Below are positions 17,620 through 26,452 of a stretch of DNA of 45,845 nucleotides, piece after piece; the first letter of the stretch is position 1; each line of letters begins with the position of its first letter. The DNA comes from Candidatus Undinarchaeota archaeon (lineage in GTDB: Archaea > Undinarchaeota > CAZWFW01), in the NCBI GenBank assembly GCA_964633445.1, contig CAZWFW010000003.1, positions 1-45,845 on the forward strand, read 5' to 3'. The notes under the pieces are model-generated. The model had not been told where the DNA came from. It searched no databases and saw nothing but the letters and a program-made list of their open reading frames with translations. The position numbers and the translations under genes were made by a program.

Positions 17620-19011
17620 TTAAGGCAACCACCACAATTCCCCTTTCACATGCTCAGATAAAAGCAATAGAAACTCTTTATCTCTAACATCGATTTCATC
17701 ATTAATTTTAATATTAAAACCTCTGTTTAAGACCTTAGCAATGTACTTAGCAATACCTTGCCTAATAAGCGCTTCAGTCCCATAAGCTAGCTCCTTTCTT
17801 ATAAGATCCTCAATCCTAAAATATTTTCTTTTTACCAAAACAACCCATCTGTTTCTTTCAATCCACGGTTTAAGAACTGCAACATTAGAATTTTCGTATT
17901 TTTCAATAAACTTATCCCTATTTTTCGCACTTGTAGTTAGGGGAGGACCGTAATGCTTTTTTTCTTTGGATAATTTAAGGGTGTTAAGTTCAAAGAAAAT
18001 TACACAATTATTATTTGCCCAAACATCGCATTTTATAATTTTAAAATCCTTCTCAACATTCTGAATAAGTTTTGCTATAGCGTTTGCACTCCTCCTTAGC
18101 TGAGGCCAGAGAACATCCTCAACAACATTTGGCTTTTTGAAGATTATGAAAACGTAGCTTCTGTTCCTCAATAACTTTTTAACGTCAGACAAATTCACTT
18201 TAACCTTTGGAAAAAAGAAATTTCCAGACGGTTTTCTTAAAAATAGTTTAGAAGCTTTAACAAAGCGATTGAGACTCCTTTCAGATACCGCAGCTGCAAC
18301 ATTTCTATTTTTATCAACTGGATCAATAACTATAAGCGGCGCATTCTCAAATTTTTTTCTCAAGTCATTTGATAGGATGTCATAGTAATTTTCTATATCA
18401 ATAAAAACAGTAGATTTCCAATTTGCGGCATGTTTTATTAAATTTAGAAACGAGCCGTAGTGAATAATAAGGAGCTCGCAGAGGTAGCCCGAGAAACCCT
18501 GAATTTTTGCTTCAGCACCATAGATACCTAAGCTTTTTAAGAATTTCTTAAGAATGAGAACATCATCCGTATTCTTTAGCTTTCTTCTCACGTAATCCAC
18601 ATGAAACGGTGTTCTATCTACTGCAGATTTTACATGCTTTGTTGAGCTAATGCGATACGCTGGCACGACATCGAAAGTAATTTTACCAATTTTAACCTTT
18701 GCATAAGGATGCTCGGCATATGCTATCTCATAACTTCCCCCAAATTCCCTTGCAAGCTCCTTACCAACTTTTTTGCTGAATTCATCAAAATATTTCTTAT
18801 TAACTGATTCGTCAAAAAAGACGAATATATCCACCTCTTTATTATCAGCGAGAATCGTCCCCTTTGCCAGAGAACCCATTAATCTAGCGTCATATCCTTT
18901 ATCCTTAAGAAAACTTATAATTCTGTCAGACTCTTTAAACAAAGCCTCTATTTGATCCTTTCTCGGTTTTATCTTCTTTAGCACACTACTAAGCAGGCTG
19001 TCTACATCCAT
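17620..19011 (-). CDS. cca: Archaeal class I CCA-adding tRNA nucleotidyltransferase
   Basis: 463 aa. MGSLAKGTILADNKEVDIFVFF is the nucleotidyltransferase motif. Size and layout match the archaeal Cca enzyme. Confidence 0.85.
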   Translation of the reverse strand: MDVDSLLSSVLKKIKPRKDQIEALFKESDRIISFLKDKGYDARLMGSLAKGTILADNKEVDIFVFFDESVNKKYFDEFSKKVGKELAREFGGSYEIAYAEHPYAKVKIGKITFDVVPAYRISSTKHVKSAVDRTPFHVDYVRRKLKNTDDVLILKKFLKSLGIYGAEAKIQGFSGYLCELLIIHYGSFLNLIKHAANWKSTVFIDIENYYDILSNDLRKKFENAPLIVIDPVDKNRNVAAAVSERSLNRFVKASKLFLRKPSGNFFFPKVKVNLSDVKKLLRNRSYVFIIFKKPNVVEDVLWPQLRRSANAIAKLIQNVEKDFKIIKCDVWANNNCVIFFELNTLKLSKEKKHYGPPLTTSAKNRDKFIEKYENSNVAVLKPWIERNRWVVLVKRKYFRIEDLIRKELAYGTEALIRQGIAKYIAKVLNRGFNIKINDEIDVRDKEFLLLLSEHVKGELWWLP

Positions 19012-19046
19012 ATCAAAGAAATAAATGCACTAACGTTTATTTTTTA

Positions 19047-19307
19047 ATGTCGACTGAGAAACTTCTTAAGAAAAAGTTGGAGATATACTTAAACAAAGCA
19101 AAGAGTCTCTTTGATAGCGTAGAAGCTGTTGATGAGAAGGGAAAAAGGTTTAGGGAGATGGCTCTATGCTACTATAAAGATGCTCTATATTTCTATAACA
19201 AAAAGAATTACATTGATGCATTAGCAGCACTAGAATATGCAGAAGGGTGGTTGGATGCGGGAATAGAAGCTGGGTTTTTAGTCATTAAAGCTAAAGAGGA
19301 AGATTAA
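19047..19307 (+). CDS. DUF357-family small protein
   Basis: 86 aa. The segment ALEYAEGWLDAGI is what I recall as characteristic of DUF357. Confidence 0.55.
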   Translation: MSTEKLLKKKLEIYLNKAKSLFDSVEAVDEKGKRFREMALCYYKDALYFYNKKNYIDALAALEYAEGWLDAGIEAGFLVIKAKEED

Positions 19308-20058
19308 AAAGATGTTTAGCGTTTTCAATCAATTGCTCGGAAATTTTCTCAAGGGAAATATTCTTTAGTTTTGCTAACTCATTTCCAACCTCAACAACAT
19401 CATAGGGATACGCTATTCTACCTCTGTAGGCTACGGGAGAGTCTGATTCTACGAGTAGATACTCTAGGGGTGTTTCTTTGGCTACATTGATCACTCTTAA
19501 ATCATACCTAATAGCTGGGGTAACCGAAACATAATATCCCTGATCCAGAGCTACTTTAAGCACATCTATGCTTCCGGAAAACCAGTGAAGCAGCACTTTC
19601 TTGCAGCCCCATTCTACCAACAAATTTACGGCATCTCTCTGAGCATCTCTTGAGTGTACAACTACTGGAATACTTAACTTCTTTGCCTCTTCAACAAACT
19701 CCTTGAAAACATTTATCTGAAAATTTTTCTCGTCATTGTTTGCTAGGATTTTATAATCTAGACCAATTTCTCCTATGGCTATGATCTTTCCCTTATTTTC
19801 TTTAATCAAGCTCAGGACACGCTTATGATCTCCACTATCTTTTCTAACTGTACACGGATGTGTTCCTATTGCTGCAAAAACTTCTCTGTACTTATCTTGA
19901 AGTTCTAGAGTGGTTTTAGCAGATGGGTAATCTAGAGAGTTGCATATCATTGCCACAACACCACTTTCCCTACATTTGCTTATGACTTCATCAACTTTTC
20001 CTAGAACCTCTTTCTCAGTGAGATGACAGTGGGCGTCAACAAATTTTTTAGGCTCCAT
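19291..20058 (-). CDS. tatD: TatD-family metal-dependent hydrolase
   Basis: 255 aa with DAHCHL, GEIGLDY, VVHSR, HWFSG and ESDSP motifs. Its 3' end overlaps the convergent DUF357 gene by 17 nt. Confidence 0.85.
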   Translation of the reverse strand: MEPKKFVDAHCHLTEKEVLGKVDEVISKCRESGVVAMICNSLDYPSAKTTLELQDKYREVFAAIGTHPCTVRKDSGDHKRVLSLIKENKGKIIAIGEIGLDYKILANNDEKNFQINVFKEFVEEAKKLSIPVVVHSRDAQRDAVNLLVEWGCKKVLLHWFSGSIDVLKVALDQGYYVSVTPAIRYDLRVINVAKETPLEYLLVESDSPVAYRGRIAYPYDVVEVGNELAKLKNISLEKISEQLIENAKHLFNLPL

Positions 20059-20123
20059 TTTTAATTAATTGAATAATTTATATTAATTATAATATTCATT
20101 CTAAATAATGGGGGTGAAATCGA

Positions 20124-20327
20124 ATGGTGAAAAAAAGATTGAGGAAGGTTTATGAAGCTGGCTCAGTTGCAGGGGCTTTGCTAGTGGCATTGGGTGTTTT
20201 GTTGCTAGGTTTAGAGCTTGCTGCAAAATTTGCCAGTACCCCCTTGGTAGCATCAATAACACTTGTAGCTGCAGGAGTAGTTTTAGTGGTGATATTTGAA
20301 ACATTACTACTTACAGTCGAGAAATGA
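20124..20327 (+). CDS. Small two-TM membrane protein (67 aa)
   Basis: Two Ala/Val/Leu/Gly-rich helices. Its stop overlaps the start of the OB-fold gene (ATGA). It is preferred over the fully overlapping antisense 67-aa ORF. Confidence 0.45.
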   Translation: MVKKRLRKVYEAGSVAGALLVALGVLLLGLELAAKFASTPLVASITLVAAGVVLVVIFETLLLTVEK

Positions 20328-20641
20328 TAAGAAGGGCCCCTGCTGTTGAGAAATCCATAGCAAAGATAAGAAAGGATGATTTAAGGGTAAGGGTTTTGGG
20401 AACTGTTATTGAAAAGCAGGAGGATATTCTTGTTATTGATGACGGTACTGGGCAGCTAACTGTATATTTCGCGGATCCTAACTCAATAAAAGATTTGAAG
20501 CAAGGAGACTTAGCAATTGTTGTGGGAAGACCTCTCGAGAAAGGATATTTAGATGGTGAAATTGCTATAAAGCCAAAGATAAATATAAACCTTTATAATA
20601 AAGTTAAAAAAATTGTTGAGGATGCAGGGGGTGTGTTGTGA
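20324..20641 (+). CDS. OB-fold nucleic-acid-binding protein (RPA-like)
   Basis: 105 aa. LRVRVLGTVIEKQEDILVIDDGTGQLTVYF...GDLAIVVGRP is a typical OB-fold pattern. It sits at the head of a replication operon. Confidence 0.55.
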   Translation: MIRRAPAVEKSIAKIRKDDLRVRVLGTVIEKQEDILVIDDGTGQLTVYFADPNSIKDLKQGDLAIVVGRPLEKGYLDGEIAIKPKININLYNKVKKIVEDAGGVL

Positions 20642-20778
20642 TGGAGGTCTCAAATGTTTTTCAAATGTTTCAGGAGGGTTTTAATAATATTATGGGTTGC
20701 GGTATGCCATGTTATTTAATATTAGGTTTGGCATTCCTATTAGGATTTATAATTGCGTGGAAGAAGTATCATGTTTAG
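20641..20778 (+). CDS. Possible 45-aa single-TM microprotein
   Basis: This ORF is absent from the ORF track (under 60 aa). It translates as MEVSNVFQMFQEGFNNIMGCGMPCYLILGLAFLLGFIIAWKKYHV. Its ATG shares one base with the OB-fold gene stop (TGATG). Its stop overlaps the PCNA ATG by 8 nt. Confidence 0.3.
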   Translation: MEVSNVFQMFQEGFNNIMGCGMPCYLILGLAFLLGFIIAWKKYHV

Positions 20779-21502
20779 AGCAGCATTGCCAGAGGCTGGA
20801 TTACTGAAGGAAAGCATGAATGTTGTTTCTAGTTTGATTACCGAGGGAGTCTTTAATCTTAAAAAGGATGGTATAGAGCTAATTGCCATAGATTCGGCGA
20901 ATGTAGCAATGGTGGAATTCAGACTCCATCAAATGGCATTCGAAATATACGAAATCGATAAGGAGGCGAGTGTTGGTATCAATTTCGATGATCTGCAAAC
21001 TGTGATGAAGCGTGCTAAAAAAACAAACAGAATAGAGCTCGAGGTTGATAAACAGCTTAAAATTACAATTGGCGGAAGAAGAAGTTTCTACCTACCGCTA
21101 CTCGATATAAAGCAAAATATTCCAAATATACCGAAGTTAGAATTTTTGGCAAAGGCTGAGGTCAGAGCTAGTTTTTTGCTTGATAGCATTGCTGATGCTA
21201 AGCAAATTTCTGATGCTGCTATATTCGAAGCTAATGAAAATGAATTTAAAATAAAAGCAAGAGGGGATAACAGAGAGGTTGAGGCGAAACTAGTAAGGGG
21301 GGATGAAGATTTGATATCTTTAGAGGTTAAAAACCCTGCGAAGTCTATGTTTCCGATAGATTATTTAGAAAAAATGGTTAAGGCCAGTAAACTTGTTGAT
21401 ACAGCAGTAGTAAAGCTTGGTAATGATTATCCTATGAGATTGGAGTTTAGTTTAGTCGACAGACTGGATCTAAGTTTCATTTTGGCTCCGAGAATTGAGT
21501 AG
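20771..21502 (+). CDS. pcn: PCNA sliding clamp
   Basis: The 243-aa ORF begins MFRAALPEAGLLKESMNVVSSLI, a canonical archaeal PCNA N-terminus with two-domain length. The track ORF starts at a TTG at 20753; the ATG at 20771 is the more likely start. Confidence 0.9.
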   Translation: MFRAALPEAGLLKESMNVVSSLITEGVFNLKKDGIELIAIDSANVAMVEFRLHQMAFEIYEIDKEASVGINFDDLQTVMKRAKKTNRIELEVDKQLKITIGGRRSFYLPLLDIKQNIPNIPKLEFLAKAEVRASFLLDSIADAKQISDAAIFEANENEFKIKARGDNREVEAKLVRGDEDLISLEVKNPAKSMFPIDYLEKMVKASKLVDTAVVKLGNDYPMRLEFSLVDRLDLSFILAPRIE

Positions 21503-21558
21503 ATTTTTCCACTTTTAAATTTAATTTTAAATTAGCATATCTCTTTTTTTCATGTAAG

Positions 21559-22833
21559 GTGTATAAGGAGCAAATTGAAGAGTATTATGCAAAAGATAAT
21601 ATTTGTGAAATCATCGCAGAGGTAGCCGCAAATAGAGAAGTTGTACCTATCTACACAGACGGTAGTTTTGGTAAAAGACCCTCTATTGTTAATTATGCTA
21701 AGGATGTAGAGGAATTAATTAAAGAAGGTGCGGTATCGTTTCATGGTTCTGTAGAAAGATGGTATAACCCTATGTTGCTTAGGACTGATATGAAAAAAAG
21801 CGAATACGATGAATTACGAAAGGGGTGGGATTTGGTTATAGATATAGATGCTAAAAGTCTTGAATATGCAAAAGTTGCTGCGAAACTATTCGTTAGTCTT
21901 TTGAAAAGTTATGATATATCATCCTTCACAGTCAAATTTTCTGGAAGAAGGGGATGGCATATTGCAATACCGTATGAGGCTTTTCCTCAGGAGATAAATG
22001 GTAAACCCACAAAACTGGAATTTCCGAGACTTCCCAGAATAATAATCAGCTACATGAAAAAAATCGTAGAAAATGAGCTCAGAAAAAGAATAGAAAGAAT
22101 CAAAGGCGTGCAAATATCAGATCCCTACAGATATGTTGAGGTAGATACCAATGTTATTAGCGTGAGGCACTTATTTAGGCTTCCTTACTCTCTGCACACA
22201 TCAACATGGCTTGTTAGTTTGCCAATAAGCTATAAGAAAATTGAAGGATTTGAAATAGATGAAGCAAGGCCAGAAGTCGTTAAGGTCAAGGAAAAATTTC
22301 TTGTTGTGGAAGCTACACCCGAGGAAGCCACAGAACTTGTAAGAAATGCTGTATTCTGGTATGAGGAGTATAGGGAAAGAAAAAGGGAAGTGGAGACTGC
22401 AGAAAGGGACGTAGAGATGAAAATTAAGGAAAAGCCTAGAAAAGCCGTAGATCCCAAATATTTTCCACCTTGCATAAAGAAAATTATGGAGGGACTGGAT
22501 GATGGTAGAAAGAGAGCTGTCTTTGTTCTAACAACATTTCTCTATTATATGGGATGGTCGCTGGAAAAAATTGAGAAGTTTTTGTATGAGGAATGGAACA
22601 AAAGAAATCGTGAACCCCTAAGGGAAAGCGTTATAAGGGCTAGTTTGAGGCATCAAAAGAGAAGGTTAGAAAAGAAACTGGACGTACAACTCCCTCCAAA
22701 CTGTGATCATGAAAATTATTATAAAGGTATGGGTGTTTGTGAACCAGACAACATTTGTGAAGGTATAAGAAACCCTTTGACTTATGCATTAAAAAGGATG
22801 AAATTAGAAAAAAATTACAAAACTAGGAAATGA
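21559..22833 (+). CDS. priS: DNA primase: PriS catalytic domain fused to a PriL-CTD-like Fe-S domain
   Basis: 424 aa with a GTG start. PriS motifs are WDLVIDIDA, KFSGRRGWHI and LFRLPYSLH. The C-terminal ~115 aa carry YFPPCIKKIMEGLDDGRKR plus three further Cys (PPNCDHE, GVCEPDNIC), like the PriL 4Fe-4S domain. Confidence 0.8.
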   Translation: MYKEQIEEYYAKDNICEIIAEVAANREVVPIYTDGSFGKRPSIVNYAKDVEELIKEGAVSFHGSVERWYNPMLLRTDMKKSEYDELRKGWDLVIDIDAKSLEYAKVAAKLFVSLLKSYDISSFTVKFSGRRGWHIAIPYEAFPQEINGKPTKLEFPRLPRIIISYMKKIVENELRKRIERIKGVQISDPYRYVEVDTNVISVRHLFRLPYSLHTSTWLVSLPISYKKIEGFEIDEARPEVVKVKEKFLVVEATPEEATELVRNAVFWYEEYRERKREVETAERDVEMKIKEKPRKAVDPKYFPPCIKKIMEGLDDGRKRAVFVLTTFLYYMGWSLEKIEKFLYEEWNKRNREPLRESVIRASLRHQKRRLEKKLDVQLPPNCDHENYYKGMGVCEPDNICEGIRNPLTYALKRMKLEKNYKTRK

Positions 22834-23453
22834 CTGTAACATACGAAATATTGCGCGAAATAAAAAGAAAGGAAGAGAAAAGTCAGAAACTCCAGTCATT
22901 ACCAGAGAATTTCTATGAAGAAGTGAGGAAATATATAGAGGAAAAATTAAAAGTTTCTTCGCAAAGGATAACCTCTGATTTACATAGGAAAGAGCTTGAG
23001 AATGCCATAGAAACTTTTCAGAAAATATTAAAGTTAAGAATAAGGAAAATTCTTGAGGAAGCTATAGGATCCATTTTATGTGACTATGAGGCTAAAGTAG
23101 ATAGTATGGCTAATGAAGAGAAGAAATTTTTTGAAGAGCTGCAAAAAGTCATGAAAAAACATACAACAAAACTCTTTTCATACTCATCTCTAAGCGTTGA
23201 GGAAGGTGGGGAGAAAGATATTAAGGAAGCTGGTGGAGAGGATGTCGCAACAGATGCTGATATTAAGGAAAAGAATAATGAAGTTGAAATCCGAAAAATG
23301 AAAGTTAGGTTTTTAAGGAATTTTCCTTCAATTTTAGGCACAGATTTGAAAGCATATGGTCCTTTTACAGAGGGTGATGTGGTAGAGCTTCCTGAAAGGA
23401 ATGCTAAGATATTTATAGAAAAGAAAATAGCAATTCAATATGAAGCTACCTAA
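22830..23453 (+). CDS. GINS subunit (Gins51/Gins15 type)
   Basis: 207 aa. The N-terminus [28 protein letters not shown] and C-terminus [27 protein letters not shown] match the archaeal GINS pattern. Its start overlaps the primase stop (ATGA). Confidence 0.7.
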   Translation: MTVTYEILREIKRKEEKSQKLQSLPENFYEEVRKYIEEKLKVSSQRITSDLHRKELENAIETFQKILKLRIRKILEEAIGSILCDYEAKVDSMANEEKKFFEELQKVMKKHTTKLFSYSSLSVEEGGEKDIKEAGGEDVATDADIKEKNNEVEIRKMKVRFLRNFPSILGTDLKAYGPFTEGDVVELPERNAKIFIEKKIAIQYEAT

Positions 23454-23718
23454 GGAGATAAAGACATACTGTCCATTTTGTAGGAAACATACAATTCACG
23501 TAGTATCTGAGGTTAGAAAAAGGAAGGCAAGCGAACTTACTTGGGGACAGAGACAATTTAGAAGGATATTAAGTGGTTATGGCGGTTATCCAAGACCTTT
23601 GCCAAAACATGAGAAAACTATAAAAAAGAGAGATTTAAGATATCAATGCAAGGAATGTAAAAGAAAGCATACTAAAGGTAAGGGTTTCCGCGTTAAGAGG
23701 CTCGAGATAGTGGGGTGA
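23440..23718 (+). CDS. rpl44e: 50S ribosomal protein L44e (eL42)
   Basis: 92 aa with [15 protein letters not shown]...CKECKRKH zinc-ribbon ribosomal protein signature. Confidence 0.92.
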   Translation: MKLPKEIKTYCPFCRKHTIHVVSEVRKRKASELTWGQRQFRRILSGYGGYPRPLPKHEKTIKKRDLRYQCKECKRKHTKGKGFRVKRLEIVG

Positions 23719-23912
23719 TCAAAATGAAAGATATTATAAGAAAACCTAGGAGTAAATTCCTTAAAGTAGAGTGCTTTGCATGTGGAAATCAGCAAATAAT
23801 TTTTAGTCATGCTTCTACGGTGGTTAAATGCCTAGCATGTGAGGCAACTCTAGCAAAGCCAAAGGGCGGGAAGGCAGAGATCAAAGCAAAAGTTTTGCAA
23901 GTTATTGGGTGA
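23715..23912 (+). CDS. rps27e: 30S ribosomal protein S27e
   Basis: [42 protein letters not shown]. The ATG at 23724 is a likely true start; the track ORF begins at a GTG at 23715. Confidence 0.92.
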   Translation: MIKMKDIIRKPRSKFLKVECFACGNQQIIFSHASTVVKCLACEATLAKPKGGKAEIKAKVLQVIG

Positions 23913-24709
23913 TGACTTTGAAATTTTATTTTAGAGAATGGCCTGATGAAGGGGAGGTAGTTATAGTTAAAATTACCAGAGTAATGCCATATGGCGCCTT
24001 TGCATCCTTAGAGGAGTTTAAGGATAAGGAAGGATTTATCCATATCTCTGAAATTTCTCCGAAATGGGTTAAAAATATTAGAGATTATGTTAGGGAGGGT
24101 ATGTATGTTGTTGCCAAGGTGATAAAGATTAATAAGGTGAAGGGGCATATAGATTTGAGCATCAAAAGAGTTAAGAAGTTTGAGAGGGAAAATAAGTTGG
24201 AGGAGTGGAAAAAGGAAAAAAGAGCATTAAAACTCCTAGAGTTGCTTATGAAAACAAGAGGTTTTGATAGGAAGGAGGTTGAGAAGATAGCTAAAATCAT
24301 ATACGAAAGATATGGTTGCCTATACACGCCATTTGAAGAATGCGTTTACAAGAAGAGACCTTTCCACGAGATTCTAAGAAAGGACATTGCCGATGCCTTA
24401 ACGGAAATCGCCCTTAAAAGTATTGAACCCAGGCATGTGAGGATTCAGGGCTACTTTGAGCTAACTACTAGAGATCCTAGGGGTATTGAGATCATTAAAA
24501 AAGCTTTGGGTAAGGTAAAGGAGATTAAAGTAAGTGACAGTGATGCAAGGATAGAGTTGTTTTATGATGGTGCACCTAAGTACAAAATTTTTGTTTATGC
24601 AACTGACTATAAAGCAGCTGAGAGAATCATGAAGGAGGCTTATGAGAAAGTCTTGGATTATTTTAAAAAACTGGGCGGTGTCGGTTCCTTTCATAGAATA
24701 AGGGAGTAA
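23909..24709 (+). CDS. eif2a: Translation initiation factor aIF2 alpha subunit
   Basis: 266 aa. It has an N-terminal S1 domain ([39 protein letters not shown]) followed by helical and alpha-beta domains. Confidence 0.92.
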   Translation: MMTLKFYFREWPDEGEVVIVKITRVMPYGAFASLEEFKDKEGFIHISEISPKWVKNIRDYVREGMYVVAKVIKINKVKGHIDLSIKRVKKFERENKLEEWKKEKRALKLLELLMKTRGFDRKEVEKIAKIIYERYGCLYTPFEECVYKKRPFHEILRKDIADALTEIALKSIEPRHVRIQGYFELTTRDPRGIEIIKKALGKVKEIKVSDSDARIELFYDGAPKYKIFVYATDYKAAERIMKEAYEKVLDYFKKLGGVGSFHRIRE

Positions 24710-24861
24710 TGGATAGAATTAGAAGGTGTACCAAGTGTAAAAGATACACGCTAAAAAAATATTGCCCTTTATGTAAACATGAAACCAAAACTGCTCATCC
24801 TCCCAAATTTAGCTTAAAGAAAGAGTTAAAATATATAAAGTATAAAGTTTTGATAGAATGA
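24709..24861 (+). CDS. nop10: H/ACA ribonucleoprotein component Nop10
   Basis: This 50-aa ORF is absent from the ORF track. It translates as [50 protein letters not shown], with a CxxC...CxxC ribbon and the PPKFS motif. It overlaps both neighbours by a few nt and sits at the conserved position after aIF2-alpha. Confidence 0.8.
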   Translation: MDRIRRCTKCKRYTLKKYCPLCKHETKTAHPPKFSLKKELKYIKYKVLIE

Positions 24862-25646
24862 CAAAAGAAGTTTGGGTTGAGTATCTTAAGGAAGTGGATC
24901 TAGGGAATCCTATATTGATTGAGGGATTGCCGGGATTTGGACTTGTGGGTAAACTTGCTGCTGAACACTTGATCAACGAACTTAAAGCCGAAAAATTTGC
25001 TATGCTGTATTCGCATCACTTTCCACCACAAGTTGTCGTTTCAAGGGACGGTGTTGTAAAGCCGATAGTTAACGAGTTTTATGCATACAAAGGAAAGAAA
25101 AAAAGCTTGATCTTAGTGATTGGGGATGCCCAGTGTTCAACTGTTAGAGGACAGTATTTGTTGGCGGAGACAATTCTTGACATAGCGGAGAAATACGGTA
25201 CAAAAATGATTTTTACATTGGGTGGTTATGCCACTGGTAAATTAAAAGAACATCCCAAAGTATATGGTGCTGCTACATCAATCAAACTTGTAAGGAAGTA
25301 CGAGAAGTATGGAATTATCTTCAGAACTGAAACTGAGAGAGGAGGTATAATAGGCGCTTCTGGATTGCTACTCGGATTAGGTAAAAGGAGGGGAATGGAA
25401 GGGGTATGCCTGATGGGCGAGACTCCAGGCCATCCTTTAATTGTTGATGCTAAAGCTGCCGCATGTGTTCTTAAAGTTTTAACAAAGATCTTGGGAATAA
25501 AGGTGAGTATCGAGAAGCTTGAAAGGAAAGCAAGGGAGGTTGAGCTCTTCAGAGAAACGCTTGAAGATATGATGAGAAGGGCTTTGGAGAAAAGCTACAT
25601 TAAGGAGAGGGAGGAGATACACGATCAACTTAGGTATATAGGCTAG
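24858..25646 (+). CDS. PAC2-family proteasome assembly chaperone
   Basis: 262 aa. ILIEGLPGFGLVGKLAAEHLI is the PAC2 N-terminal signature. Its position after Nop10 is conserved. Confidence 0.8.
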   Translation: MTKEVWVEYLKEVDLGNPILIEGLPGFGLVGKLAAEHLINELKAEKFAMLYSHHFPPQVVVSRDGVVKPIVNEFYAYKGKKKSLILVIGDAQCSTVRGQYLLAETILDIAEKYGTKMIFTLGGYATGKLKEHPKVYGAATSIKLVRKYEKYGIIFRTETERGGIIGASGLLLGLGKRRGMEGVCLMGETPGHPLIVDAKAAACVLKVLTKILGIKVSIEKLERKAREVELFRETLEDMMRRALEKSYIKEREEIHDQLRYIG

Positions 25647-25691
25647 AAATTGAAAACAAATAGGCTTTCGTAAATATGGCTTGCACTTTCC

Positions 25692-25703
25692 TTTTTTATT
25701 TTT
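25692..25703 (+). terminator. Oligo-T tract, candidate archaeal terminator for the replication/translation operon
   Basis: TTTTTTATTTTT lies 46 nt after the PAC2 stop, between convergent genes. Confidence 0.3.
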
Positions 25704-25725
25704 AAATTGAGCCCTATTCGAATAT

Positions 25726-26184
25726 CTAGAAACCTATCACAATTTTATCGTACTTGCTGTTCTCTGGATAAATAACTTTAACCTTTTTATTACCTCTCCT
25801 AACAAAATAGAATATTTTCTCAAATTTCCTATCACAGACAATTTTCAGAACTAAAATGTAAAGAAACACATAGATTGCTACCAGGAGACCTCCAAGCAGC
25901 GGTTTATACGGAAATGTGATCAGAAGTATTATAGGAGGAGGTATAATAGCAAATATTAGAGCTAAAATCATAAATTTTACGGAGACTCTATAATACGTAC
26001 CAGCTTTTATAACATGCGGTATGCATGTACCTGGCAATCTTAATTCGCAGCAAGTACTCCAATCGATATCCCTTTCCTCAATTTTCTTCGCTTTAAATTC
26101 TATTTTTCTCTTAAAGCAAAATAAGCTTTCCCAAAGCGAAAATTCTACTCTGTTCTCCGTATTTATTAGCATCGTAGCAATCAA
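25726..26184 (-). CDS. Membrane protein, uncertain 5' boundary
   Basis: 152-aa ORF with a TTG start. The C-terminal half has two strong TM helices (MILALIFAIIPPPIILLITF, LLGGLLVAIYVFLYILVL). The 5' end overlaps a frame-scrambled Cys-rich domain (see the pseudogene feature), so the real start is unclear. Confidence 0.4.
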   Translation of the reverse strand: MIATMLINTENRVEFSLWESLFCFKRKIEFKAKKIEERDIDWSTCCELRLPGTCIPHVIKAGTYYRVSVKFMILALIFAIIPPPIILLITFPYKPLLGGLLVAIYVFLYILVLKIVCDRKFEKIFYFVRRGNKKVKVIYPENSKYDKIVIGF

Positions 26185-26404
26185 GCCATCACATGTAGTT
26201 GTGATCGGTTTTCAAACTTCGATTGACAAACTGCCCAGAACATCCAGCTTTTATACAGTCTTCATCACTGCTGCATTTGCCGTAAGTCGACCAACCGCAA
26301 AATTCTGCATGAGGTTTCAAAATGAAAATATTACCATCTTTATTCAGAAACTCGACTTTAGCTTCCTTAGGAACATCAAAAATTGTCACTCTCTTTCCGC
26401 ACAT
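26156..26404 (-). pseudogene. Frame-disrupted small Cys-rich domain gene
   Basis: The 71-aa ORF ends ...FCGWSTYGKCSSDEDCIKAGCSGQ followed by out-of-pattern residues. The natural continuation is VCQSKFE / KPITTTC / WLDCYDANKYG. These pieces lie consecutively but in three different frames over ~80 nt. Confidence 0.35.
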
Positions 26405-26452
26405 ACACCAATACCTCCTATTGCTAATCTTTTGATTTTTGCCATTTTTTAA

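Noticed and set aside
14040-19000. Track ORFs 14040-14324, 14371-14577, 14682-14888, 15145-15372, 15216-15401, 16160-16360, 16212-16583, 16424-16615, 17225-17431 and 18773-18955.
   Set aside because: They are antisense to and embedded in Lhr, DUF89, flavin reductase or Cca, with low-complexity composition.
20101-20304. A 67-aa minus-strand ORF that fully overlaps the 67-aa plus-strand membrane ORF.
   Set aside because: Only one of the two can plausibly be real. The plus-strand product has two clean TM helices and is translationally coupled (ATGA) to the downstream OB-fold gene. The minus-strand product has no such features.
20753-20770. The TTG-initiated 6-codon N-terminal extension of PCNA given by the ORF track. 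A similar case is the 14-codon extension of the P-type ATPase (29132-29173).
   Set aside because: In both cases the downstream ATG yields the canonical family N-terminus (MFRAAL... and MEWHSLSANEV...). The extensions are probably artefacts of calling the longest ORF.
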